A DNA stretch of 63,983 nucleotides, filler included, from Octopus bimaculoides (taxonomy: Eukaryota): assembly GCF_001194135.2 (NCBI RefSeq). It is 8 parts of 6 records of this genome, joined end to end, with 100 filler letters (N's around TTAATTAATTAA, not from the genome) between each part and the next. Parts side by side here need not be neighbours in the genome. Positions count along the whole stretch, not along the records: positions 46,989 to 57,673 come from NC_068986.1; positions 57,774 to 59,029 come from NC_068999.1; positions 59,130 to 62,751 come from NC_068993.1; positions 62,852 to 63,983 come from NC_068999.1; 4 more parts are not named here. One strand, given 5' to 3'. Below the pieces are notes generated by a model. That model did not search any database. It had not been told where the DNA came from and saw only the letters and a program-made list of their open reading frames with translations. Positions 51,111-63,305 of this stretch are shown here, in pieces (the stretch's first letter is position 1; each line of letters begins with the position of its first letter). The position numbers and the translations under genes were made by a program.

Positions 51111-52314
51111 TGATGATGATGACGATGACAGTGACGATGATGATGATAATAACAACAATAATAATACGTTAGATTAAGGTTATATAACAGACTGGGCAAT
51201 AATGTTGATCGAATAAATCTGATATACAATATATTTTAATTAAACAATTACACTAATTAAGTGGGCAGATTTCATTCTCCTAGATGCTAATTAAAAGATG
51301 GCTTGTTATTGTGTTTCGTTATTTCGATTCATTAAACTCGTCATACTATGATTGACTTGATTATTATTTTTCGATTAAATATATGATGGCTTGAAGGAAT
51401 CAGATCATTACTAATATATTAATTAATTAAACAATCCCTATTAAATTAAATTAGAATTGTTAAACAAGTAAGAAACACTTCATTGCCGTTAAATAAACCT
51501 GCAGCATAAATAACAAGTTTAAATTAATATAATGATATTTTTCAACGATAAACCACAAAACAAAATTTCAGTTATATTACAATTGTGCATCGGGGAAAAA
51601 GTTCAATTTGTGCAGTTTAAATGGTTAATCGACAATCACATATATTTGCTTTAAAAAAGAAATGAGAATCTGTTGAAGAAGAATACACACATTCAAATTT
51701 TCCAGGTAATTTCCCGCGTCTGCGCCGTGACTGTCATCCGGTGGTTATGAGCCAGGGGTGACGTGATCACCATAACTGCGGCCCTGTATTACACCTTTAA
51801 AATATTTATGGAACAAGCCTATGAAAAGTTGCGCTGCATACAATTTAGGCTTTCACTTTTAAAAAGCTCTTTCATATGCTACCGTAAGAACACGTTCTCC
51901 CTATACAGGAGATTTCACTTTACGTACCTATCTCCGTTGTCTGTAAATTATTCTTGAAAGGAATAAGAAAAAACTTTCATGGTCTTGTCAAAGCCTGCTA
52001 AGTTCTGCTCTTGTTGCTGCTGCTGTAGACAATTTTCATTCCTTATTACTTTCCCAATGTCGACGCTGGCATTGGTTTAGGGAAGATTTACAGTGCTGTC
52101 CTGACCAGCTTTTGGAAGAAGGACGAAGTAATCATCTCTCAATCTCAATTAATTCAACCCACGAATGATAACCGGATTTTACGGCATTGGTTGTAGTCCG
52201 TTTTATTTTGGAAAGCTCCTCTGGACAGAAATCCCTCAACTGGATCTTGTTGTCTCATGTGTAGGGGTTTAGCCTTCTGCCCTGCAGCGTCTGATTCACC
52301 GATGGTATTTTTGC

Positions 52315-53830
52315 ATCAGATATACTCACCTGAACTAGTAAGGGCTGTCTGGCACTCTTGAGATACCAACCCAAGCTATTTTCTTCGGAGTACATGTAAC
52401 TCTCGCAGCTGATTAACCCTCAACCACATCAGTTAAATACAGCTTGTCAGTACCGCCCTTGGGATAGAATACACTGTGTTTTGGGATTAGCTTTTTCGAC
52501 TTTTAGTCAAATGATGAAACCAAGTGCAGTTCTGAAATTCTCGTGAGGTTTTGTTGGTATCATAAGAGCTTGCAAGTTTATACTGCTTTCTCCCACTCTT
52601 TGTCATTCTTACTCATGTCGACTCATAGAAACCACTCACATTGCTACCACTACGATTCTTTGATTTATATGGGTAGGTATGAATCTTAACCTTTCATCAT
52701 TTGACTAAAAGTCGAAAAAGCTATCCCAAAAATACAGTGTATTCTACACCAAGAGCGGTACTGACAGGCTGTATTTAACTGAGGTGGTTGAAGGTTAATT
52801 AGCTGCAAGAGTTATATGTGCCCCGAAGAAAATAGCTTGGGTTGGTATCTCAAGAGTGCCCAGACAACCCTTACTAGTTCAGATGAATATATCTGATATA
52901 GTGAAGATAGATACTTGCATCAAGATAGAGGAATACAAAGAAAAGTGAGTAAAGAAAGCGAAGGAAAATGAAACAGAAAAGATGTACGGGCAGTTTGCGA
53001 GAGAGGAGAACACGAATACATATACCGATAGAAAGTAGCATTGGTTAATGAAGAGTAACTTGGAGTCAGAGACAGAAGTGCTTATCTGTGCTGAGCAGAA
53101 AAAAGCACTAAGAACAAATTAAGCCAAATATGGAATTGATTATAAAACAGAACAAATAAGTCCAGGTTATGCGGTGATAAAGGTGAGACGGTATGGCATA
53201 TTGGAAATGAATGCACGAAGCCAGCCACAAAAAGAAGATCAGAAAGAAAAGGACTGGATAATATCGTATGAATGATTTATTGGCAAATGTGTAGCAAGGA
53301 TGAATTGGATAGAGCAAAGACGTGGTATGGACAAACCACAGAAAGAGTAATTGAGGGAGAAAGAATAAGGACACTGAAGAATGTAATGATCTAATAGGAT
53401 CACTACTTGAGCATCGAAATCTGGAATATAGTGGTTGTGAATTAAAAGGAAAAAAAATGTTTAATCATAGATAGGTATTGCATGTCCTGGTGACGACAGA
53501 ATATCAGAAAGCGAAGAAGAGGAGCAAATCAGATGATAAGAAGTAGGAGTTGAAAGAAATTTACTCATTGAAGAATGTTGCTGTTTCTCCTGTTGCAGGA
53601 TCCTTAGCTACTAGGAGTACCAAGATCACAGACTGGATCGAAAATGTAGGAGTTGATTTGAAGACAGAGACTCTACAGAAAACAGAGTTGCTTTGAACTA
53701 AACGAATACTCTGCAGAGATCTTGAAATGAGATTGGAGAGTGTTATCTAAACCCACAGGTTGAAGACAGCTAACACTTCGTTGTGTTCACCAATGAAGTT
53801 GCTGCATTAAATGACAGAAATAATATTATG
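52315..53830 (+). mobile_element. Dong/R4-like 3' half preceded by an inverted duplicate of its own 5' part
   Basis: 52692 onward reads KSGTDRLYL, EENSLGWYLK, WLMKSNLESETEVLIC, RLCGDKGETVWHIGNEC. 52315-52519 is the reverse complement of 52692-52897. Confidence 0.8.
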
Positions 53831-56160
53831 AAGAAGAACAGCATTAATGGTAATTAGAAGTAGACAAGGCAGCACAGCAGGCGATATGTTTAGCAGCGTC
53901 TCGTCCATCTTTGCATTCTGAGTTCAAATTCCGCCAGAGTCAACTTTACCTTTCATTCTTCCGGGGTCGATAACATAAGTACTGGAGTCAGTTTAATCGA
54001 CTATTCCTTCACCCAAAACTGTTGGTCTTGTGCCAAAATTTGAAACCAATAATTAAAAGTAGATAATAAGGATGGTGTTGATGATGATAATGATGATGAT
54101 GAGAAGGAGGAGGAGGAGAGAAGAAGAAGAAGAAAAAGATTTAACTGCTAGAAAAAACAACAATAGCAGCAACAACAATAACAACAACAATGGTTTTAAA
54201 GTGAATGTGTATGAAGCGCTCGCTTGAATGTTAGTTTCAGAATGCTACAATTGACGCCGTCCATTCCCATCGAAAGACGAAAGAAAATACTATTGAAATG
54301 GCGAAATGTCGAATTGGATATCTATAACTGCTTTCAAATGTGATTTTGTATTTGGAGAAAGTCTTTGTTTACACAATGTTGTACCTTTCAAGCGTGACTG
54401 ATGCCAGAAATGTTCGTATTTTCTTAATTGCTTGAGGTGAATATTTCTAGTTTACTGTGTATCGAAATGTAAGTTAGTGAAACTATGTCATTGTAGAGCT
54501 TTACTACAAAGGTGACGTCTCTAAATATTCTACTTCTAAATGGATTCCATCTATTATTACTCTCATAACTTCAGAGAACAACACTTGTGTATAGAAGATA
54601 TTGCTTATAACATGTTCTCTGTAGTTGGAGATAACTCAACGATTGATTAAACAATTGCGAAGTCAGGTGAGAACATTGCAAAGAAAGTTGTCATAAAAAT
54701 AAAGGCACTGTTTAGAAATATACCATAGTAGAAGTAATTCGTTTTACTAACAAAATCAGCCGCAAGTGAAATATCATATGGAAACACTTGAAAAACAGTC
54801 GGAGAGAGCTGTACACTCTGATTCATTACTACAAGAACAAACTGAAATACTTTATCAGACACGTACACACTTTCCTATGGTACGTGTACATTTGCTAACA
54901 GCATAACAATCATGAAATTATGATACACATATTTCAAAGAAATTATATTTTGCAGATAGATAAATAATTAACAATTTTTTCTCCAACATCACCAAGTAAT
55001 ACAGATATGTAAATACACTGATTTACATCGATTAACACCAGACAGAAAAAAAGTGATGTAGATTCTAGAAAGATGAGAGCAATTTTTTTTTCATCTTTTG
55101 ATGTGGAGCGAAGGCAATAATCTCCGAGACAACGGTCCTCGAGACTGGTTAGGTAGATATACCGAAACTGGAGGCATAGCTTGAAGGATTGAAACAGAGC
55201 AGACTTCTTCGCTAAACGTACTCGAGGTATCAGGTGCGGTACCAATTAGGTCATGGCAGGATTTGAACTGAGAACGAAAAGAGACAGAGGAAACACCACA
55301 ATAAATCCAGTCCAATATTCTTACAGCTCCACCGACTTGGATTGCTACATTTTATCGACTCAGAGAATCGACTCAAATACCACAATGGATAGATTGCCAC
55401 GTGGCATTCGATCCTATGTCCTAACGACAATACCAATTTATCTACAGCGCATAGTCCTGAAATATCCGGTCCGTTTCACTGTTTCAATTCCGATTGTTTA
55501 TTAACAACATTTATTGTTGATATATGGACGGACTTAATGTTGTTAGATTATTGTTGAAGAAATAAACAAGCAAAGATAATAAGTGAAAAAAGAAAGAAAG
55601 AAAGAAGGTGAAGTACTTCAGTAAATGGGAGACAGATAAATAAAAAAAAATGAATGAAGTAAAATATATCCAAGATACATTAGTGTTAATAACGCCATCT
55701 TTGAAAACAAAGCAAAACAAAGGAAAGAAGGCAGAGAGAAAAATTTAATTGGTTAAAATTGTCCGCCAAAGGAAACATTTATAGAGGAATGTAAACATTT
55801 TGTAAAGAGATAAATATAGACATCAGAAGGTACAACATCCTTCGATGAGAAATCGTTTCCTAAACACAAACGCGCACGCACACACAGATACACACACACA
55901 GGTATGAATGCTCTCTTTTGTTTTTAATTATCTAAATTTTTCCCCTGAGGTGGTGGTGGTGGTGGTAGTGGTGGTGGTGGTGGAGAACTGATTTTTACCA
56001 AAGACAAAGTTCCATCGTTGGAATGTTGATGACAAAAACAATGACACATTTCAAGCTTGAGAAAAGTCTTACTTATTTTTACCATTCTACTTACAGATCG
56101 TACGTTAGCCTGCCGGGTGTAATGCTTGACAATATTTCGTCTATCTTTACGTTTAATATA

Positions 56161-56325
56161 GGCGCAGGAGTGGCTGTGTGGTAAGTAGTTTGCTTACCAA
56201 CCACATGGTTCCGGGTTCATTCCCACTGCGTGGCACCTTGGGTAAGTGTCTTCTACTATAGCCTCGGGCCGACCAAAGCCTTGTGTGTGGATTTGGTAGA
56301 CGGAAACTGAAAGAAGCCCGTCGTA

Positions 56326-56401
<76 letters not shown>

Positions 56402-56610
56402 TGTGTGTCTGTGTTTGACCCCCCCAACATCGCTTGATAACCGATGCTGGGTATGTTTACGTCCCCGTAACTTAGCGGTTCGGCAAAACAGACCGATAGA
56501 ATAAGTACTAGGCTTACAAAGAATGAGTCCTGGGGTCGATTTGCTCGATTAAAGGCGGTGCTCCAGCATGGCCGCAGTCAAATGACTGAAACAAGTAAAA
56601 GAAAAAAAAA
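56161..56610 (+). mobile_element. SINE family A, full length
   Basis: GGCGCAGGAGTGGCTGTGTGGTAAG head, long internal (TA)n, A-rich tail. Confidence 0.92.
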
Positions 56611-57386
56611 AGGATTGTTTGCGTGTTAGCTGAGTGATTTCTTTTTCTGAAAACCTTAGCTTATCCAGATTGTCACTCACAAAGCCCAGTGCTCATTTAT
56701 TTAAACCTGATATTTATCCGTTCGGTCTCTTTTTTCCGAACTTATGTTACGGAGACGTAAACACACCCACACTAGTTGGCAAGCGGTGGTTGGGAACAAA
56801 TACAGATACACAAACGCAGGCGCGTGCACACACAGACAGACAGACAGACACACACACATATATCGACAATAGACAATATTAAAAATAAGGACTACTCAAA
56901 AGTAACAATAGCATTAACTTTAATTCTATTATTATATTCTGCCTTTTAAGACGAAAACATGTTTCAATTGAACCGATTAGTAATTGGTACAATTGCAACC
57001 CTACTATAAAACGGTACAGTCTCTTCAAGATCTTAACTCGATATCCCTCTGTATAGTCGTTTAATGATTTTCTTTTATAAATTCTGCGTTGCATGATGTA
57101 GAGCTGTCCTTTAAGTCAAGACACGAACAATTTCTATTTCATGTTCTTATTGAATAATCATTTTCAGTCCATCAATTCAAAATCTTGTGTAGTTTAAATG
57201 ATAATTATTCATTTATACTTCGCAAATGTGAATTCCTTCATTTACAAGCATCTCAATGCTTGCTCCTGTCTAGAATTTATTACATTACCCTCGGATGTGA
57301 AATTCCTGTAAAATTCTTCTGAACAGGTCACATCTACTGTTTCCATGTCTGTATGGTCTTTAAGTATATGTGTTTATGTATGCATA

Positions 57387-57434
57387 TCTATATATATAAA
57401 AATGAGAATGTGTGTGTGTGTGTGTGTGTGTGTG

Positions 57435-57465
<31 letters not shown>

Positions 57466-57673
57466 GTGAATCCCTAAAACTCGAGAACTACGCAACCAAT
57501 TTCATTCAAATTTTACACATGCCTTACTTAGGGTTCCAGTTGTGTTTTAGTCAAAAAAAAATTATTAACTTTTTGCAGAGTTCGAGCACACGGCAACATA
57601 ATATCTCCTCCACTATTTAAGTATTACGTGTCAAAAGTGAAACAAAAACACTCATGTCAAATACTTTTACTTT
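57387..57673 (+). mobile_element. Helitron-like non-autonomous element, 5' end
   Basis: A|TCTATATATATAAAAATGAG, then (TG)n(TCTG)n, then AACTACGCAACCAATTTCATTCAAATTTTACAC. This architecture resembles insect non-autonomous Helitrons; no 3' CTAG is seen before the gap. Confidence 0.5.
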
Positions 57674-57807
57674 NNNNNNNNNNNNNNNNNNNNNNNNNNN
57701 NNNNNNNNNNNNNNNNNTTAATTAATTAANNNNNNNNNNNNNNNNNNNNNNNNNNNNNNNNNNNNNNNNNNNNAGGAGGGAGGGGAGAGAGAGACAGGAG
57801 GAGGGGG

Positions 57808-58025
57808 TTAGATGAAGAGGGGAGGGGAGTTGAGCCCATGTGGCGCAAAGGAGCGGAGAGAGAAGATTAATCCCTGTTCACGGCGCAAACGGGAGTCCGG
57901 GTGGCCCCTGTGCATGGACAATCCAAACACAGACAGGTGTTGCTGCAAGGAGTGGCCGGCAGAACGGAAGTGGCGTGACACCGGGGTGTCATTGCCAACG
58001 TTGATGTCTCGGAGGTGTTCCATGA
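57808..58025 (-). mobile_element. Penelope-like GIY-YIG C-terminal fragment
   Basis: EHLRDINVGNDTPVSRHFRSAGHS...RLRREQGLIFSLRSFAPHGLN matches the PVAxHF...LIFxLxxxxPxGLN pattern of PLE endonucleases. Confidence 0.8.
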
Positions 58026-58315
58026 TTAACAAAAAAGAAAAATGCACACAATTTACACATATTTGGTATATCAGGTCATTAAGAATGAAATATTCGGTTT
58101 TGAACTCAAAGTTCATGTTACAGGGGTTCACAAAATTGATCTACAAGAGAACACTCACGATATAATCAGACTCCATGAATGGCATTTCGAAAAGTGATGA
58201 TGTCACTCTTCAATTTTGTAAACGACTGTGAAAATAAGTGCATAAGAAATCAGACATTTCATTCTTAATGAATTGATATTTTAAAGGATAGAATATTCTG
58301 GTAGTTGACCGTTTT

Positions 58316-58500
58316 CGCGTTTCGTTAATTATGACAATGAAATTGGTGAAAATAGTGTAATTTCGTATTTTCTTAAGAAGATTTTAGTCGATGCTCTTTG
58401 TATGAGATTTCATACAAACAGCATAGACTAAAAACTTTTTTAAGAAAATACGAAATTACAATATTTCCACCAATTTCAATATCATGATTAGCGAAACACG
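58316..58500. repeat. Long imperfect palindrome (about 90-bp arms, 4-nt loop)
   Basis: 58316-58405 pairs with 58410-58500 around the loop GATT. Confidence 0.9.
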
Positions 58501-59251
58501 ATTACAAGACATAGTATTATACATTAAGACTTAGCTCTGTTTAACATCCGTTATCTCAATGCGAATCTGTTATTCGCCTGGAGACATTTCGCACACCAAG
58601 AATTAATATATGGCGTTCAGCTTCTGTTCAAACAGAAACATGAAGTCCTCAACTATCACACGTCTCTCCACGACACCGTCCGCCACAGCCAATTACAACA
58701 TGAGCAATGCAAATTACTAGCTGCCTGAAGAAGTAAGCACTTCAAAAGCTTGGAAACAAACATTTTGAAGAGGTGCAACAGCAACATTTTCGCATTAAAA
58801 ATCATTCCATTTGACGGCGGTATTTTCCAAGCAGTTTTGATAATATGAAGAAACGATAAATGCGATAAATCTAACGCGGGAGGTCCAGGACAATGGACGA
58901 AAGAGCGAACGAGGTGAAGTTGTGCATGTCCCTTATATGCAAGCCTTGAAGGGTTCATTTGCAACGGCTACATATTACAATTTAGTTATCCTGAACACTG
59001 AACAAATGCAGAGCATGCTTGTATATATANNNNNNNNNNNNNNNNNNNNNNNNNNNNNNNNNNNNNNNNNNNNTTAATTAATTAANNNNNNNNNNNNNNN
59101 NNNNNNNNNNNNNNNNNNNNNNNNNNNNNATGGGACAAGAACGCAAAACATCCAGACAGATGATACAAAGAAAACAAGGACGGGTCATTCGGAGTTTTCT
59201 TTCTTCAGTCGAGTTCCAGATTATCTCTGCAATTTTGGCTGGTTTCATATA

Positions 59252-59300
<49 letters not shown>

Positions 59301-59360
59301 ATGTGTGTGTGTGTGTATATATATATGTATATATATATGTATATATTATATATACATATT

Positions 59361-59500
59361 TACGAGGAGCTTCTTTCACTTTCCATCTACGAAATCCACT
59401 CACAAGGCTTTGTCGGTTTGAGGTTACAGTAGTAGACACCTGCCCAAGGTGCCACGCAGTGCGACTGAACCCGGAAACCATATGGTTAGGAAGTACACGC
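59361..59500 (-). mobile_element. SINE family A 5' half, decayed
   Basis: AAATCCACTCACAAGGCTTTG...CCCAAGGTGCCACGCAGT. Confidence 0.8.
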
Positions 59501-60391
59501 CTGTGCCTCTATGTTGATAAAGAATCAGACAGAAAGAAAAGAATGCAAATAAACAACATTAGTATTTTCAGTGAATGGTTGAAGAGAGAAGAAATTTTCT
59601 TACATGCAATTGCTTATAACGCATCCCAGCAAAATAAATTTCGTGGGGCAGCGAAATAATATAGTTAAATTCGGAATGTTTCGCTTTCATATCTCCTACA
59701 GCATCACCATATTCAAAGAGTGGACTGGCATGGATCACTGAAAGATAAAAGAAAAATTATAAACACCTTTACTGAAATATTTCAATCTCCTAGTCGTTTT
59801 TATCATCAATCTTGATAAAGTTGTTCTCATTTACTAATTTTCCTATTCTGACTTATTCTTCTATCATTTATTTTATTCTATCTTATTTTCAGTTCATTGC
59901 TTACTTGAATTTTACATTGTGTTGCCCACTGTAATACGATGCAATTTCGCTAGACATCCAATTCTAAATATGAATCACTTTTTAATTTATGATTGCGCTC
60001 TGTAAATTTTGATAATAGACCTATAAAAAAAAACATATCAGATTAGAATCCATACAGTTAACATTTAATAACAAAAGCAATAATGGATTGCAACATTTGC
60101 AATGGCATGAAGAACATTAGTTTCTATTTTGAAAAATAATAAAAAATATTTTTAAGCTACAATAAAAACAGTGTTTTTTACTTTAAGAGTAATAGTAATT
60201 TCAACTGCACATTATGAGTGCAAATCTTGAAAGTGAGATGGCAAAAGGAGAAAAAAAATCATAGTCTTTGAATTAAAATGCCATAAAAGGCCACTCCACA
60301 TTCCATATATAGAACATCGAACAATTGAAATTGTTAGGAAAAAAATTGTTGGGGAAACTACGAATAACAAAACTCTTTGCCAATTGCCAAA

Positions 60392-60782
60392 TTGTTGCTG
60401 TTGGCACTCCGTCGCTTACGACGTCGAGGGTTCCAGTTGATACGATCAACGGAACAGCCTGCTCGTGAAATTAACGTACAAGTGGCTGAGCACTCCACAG
60501 ACACGTGTACCCTTAACGTAATTTTCGGGGATATTCAGCGTGACACAGTGTGACAAGGCTGACCCTTTGAATTACAGGCACAACAGAAACAGGAAGTAAG
60601 AGTGAGAGAAAGTTGTGGTGAAAGAGTACAGCAGGGTTCACCACCATCCCCTGCCGGAGCCTCGTGGAGCTTTAGGTGTTTTCGCTCAATAAACACTCAC
60701 AACGCTCGGTCTGGGAATCGAAACCGTGATCCTATGACCGCGAGTCCGCTGCCCTAACCACTGGCCATTGCGCCTCCACGCA
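60392..60782 (-). mobile_element. SINE family B, full length with a 12-bp target-site duplication
   Basis: CCAATTGCCAAA at 60380-60391 and 60783-60794; tRNA-like head and (CAA)-type tail. Confidence 0.93.
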
Positions 60783-61145
60783 CCAATTGCCAAAAGACAG
60801 AAAATAAAGGGATTTGATCATATAACACACAGCATCATGACAAAATAGTTCTCAAGAAAACGGCCATTCAGGAAGAAAACTTTCGGTAAAAGGAATATAT
60901 ATGAGAACCACAATGGAGTGGTTGAGTAACATCGAGTACAGGGTAAGGATGTTTTAACTGATAGATGACTGGGTAAAATTCAGGAATTATATCTCTAGTA
61001 GTGCCCTGACAATCTCCTCAAGTTACAGATTTTGGATAAATGCAGATGGACAGGTGGACATAGATGAAATCAATAAAGTTCCTTTTAGCAAGAATCGTTA
61101 GTGGTCCACATGGTTCATTGAAAATATTGAGGCCTCAGTGTATGA

Positions 61146-61187
<42 letters not shown>

Positions 61188-62226
61188 NNNNNNNNNNNNN
61201 NNNNNNNNNNNNNNNNNNNNNNNNNNNNNNNNNNNNNNNNNNNNNNNNNNNNNNNNNNNNNNNNNNNNNNNNNNNNNNNNNNNNNNNNNNNNNNNNNNNN
61301 NNNNNNNNNNNNNNNNNNNNNNNNNNNNNNNNNNNNNNNNNNNNNNNNNNNNNNNNNNNNNNNNNNNNNNNNNNNNNNNNNNNNNNNNNNNNNNNNNNNN
61401 NNNNNNNNNNNNNNNNNNNNNNNNNNNNNNNNNNNNNNNNNNNNNNNNNNNNNNNNNNNNNNNNNNNNNNNNNNNNNNNNNNNNNNNNNNNNNNNNNNNN
61501 NNNNNNNNNNNNNNNNNNNNNNNNNNNNNNNNNNNNNNNNNNNNNNNNNNNNNNNNNNNNNNNNNNNNNNNNNNNNNNNNNNNNNNNNNNNNNNNNNNNN
61601 NNNNNNNNNNNNNNNNNNNNNNNNNNNNNNNNNNNNNNNNNNNNNNNNNNNNNNNNNNNNNNNNNNNNNNNNNNNNNNNNNNNNNNNNNNNNNNNNNNNN
61701 NNNNNNNNNNNNNNNNNNNNNNNNNNNNNNNNNNNNNNNNNNNNNNNNNNNNNNNNNNNNNNNNNNNNNNNNNNNNNNNNNNNNNNNNNNNNNNNNNNNN
61801 NNNNNNNNNNNNNNNNNNNNNNNNNNNNNNNNNNNNNNNNNNNNNNNNNNNNNNNNNNNNNNNNNNNNNNNNNNNNNNNNNNNNNNNNNNNNNNNNNNNN
61901 NNNNNNNNNNNNNNNNNNNNNNNNNNNNNNNNNNNNNNNNNNNNNNNNNNNNNNNNNNNNNNNNNNNNNNNNNNNNNNNNNNNNNNNNNNNNNNNNNNNN
62001 NNNNNNNNNNNNNNNNNNNNNNNNNNNNNNNNNNNNNNNNNNNNNNNNNNNNNNNNNNNNNNCCTTTTGATTTCTCCATTTTTCTCCATTTCTCCATTTT
62101 TTAAAAATATTTTCTTCTTTTTTTCTTTCGAAAAGAGAAGTTTCACATTGTATTTTGTCCCCTCTGTGTTCGGCCCTGTGTGGCTAATACAGAAAGTTAT
62201 CTATGTATCCATCTATCTATCTATCT

Positions 62227-62290
<64 letters not shown>

Positions 62291-62559
62291 CTATAGAGAT
62301 GGAGAGAGGGAAGGGGCATCCTCCTTTCTATTCACCATTTATTTATTTAGTCATTTACCATTGTACTGGAATGGGTTTAAGGACGGTGACCTCTTCAAAA
62401 AAAAAATCACAGGTGTGGTGTGGTCATCACTGGAAGTCTTTTGACTAATAATTAAGAAATAAAAACATTTTCTTTACATATTCTGACGACTTTTTTCTCA
62501 AAATTCAATTTCTGTACATCACACCAAACACTCTATACATAAATACATACATACATATA

Positions 62560-62980
62560 GGCGCAGGAGTGGCTGTGTGGTAAGTAGCTTGCTTACCAAC
62601 CACATGGTTCCGGGTTCAGTCCCACTGCGTGGCACCTTGGGCAAGTGTCTTCTACTATAGCCTCGGGCCGACCAAAGCCTTATGGGTGGATTTGGTGGAC
62701 GGAGGCTGAGGCAGGCCCGTCGTATGTATGTATATATATATATATATATATNNNNNNNNNNNNNNNNNNNNNNNNNNNNNNNNNNNNNNNNNNNNTTAAT
62801 TAATTAANNNNNNNNNNNNNNNNNNNNNNNNNNNNNNNNNNNNNNNNNNNNTGGTAACAGAGACCGATTGAATAAATACTAGGCTTACAAAGAATAAGTC
62901 CTGGGGTCGATTTGTTCGAGTAAAGACGGTGCTCCAGCACAGCCACAGTCAAAATGACTGAAACAAGTAAGAGAATAAAA
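62560..62980 (+). mobile_element. SINE family A spanning an artificial contig join
   Basis: Head and tail both match the consensus; the join spacer falls at the internal (TA)n. Confidence 0.85.
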
Positions 62981-62981
62981 G

Positions 62982-63021
<40 letters not shown>

Positions 63022-63249
63022 GTGCGTGTGTGTGTGTGTGTGTGTGTAGAGAGAGAGACAATGAGAGAGAGTGCAAGAGAGAGATGTATGTATGTATGAA
63101 ATTAGTCACAAAACTTTAAACAAAGATAGAGTAGGTTTCATAAATATGCTATAGTGTTTACTGATAGAATGTTCTCAATAAAATATTAACTCTTAGACAT
63201 AATTCCATATGAGAGATTTTATGAATGTTTATAAATTAACAAAATTTAC

Positions 63250-63305
63250 CTGTTAATATATAGCACGATCCAGAATAGTCTTTACTTAACAGTCTCCAGT
63301 CACTG
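63250..63305 (-). CDS. Candidate exon (56 nt), weak resemblance to a C-type-lectin domain N-terminus
   Basis: Acceptor CTTTTTACCTTAACTCTAG, donor CAG|GTAAAT, open frame SDWRLLSKDYSGSCYILT (W...GSCY pattern). Confidence 0.28.

Noticed and set aside
55091-55315. 74-aa minus-strand ORF as a terminal exon
   Set aside because: Its start and acceptor lie within a decayed SINE and the peptide has no recognisable motif.
58724-58765. CTGAAGA...GAAAC as a hammerhead
   Set aside because: Stem II is not adjacent to the core, and there is no stem III, cleavage triplet or stem I.
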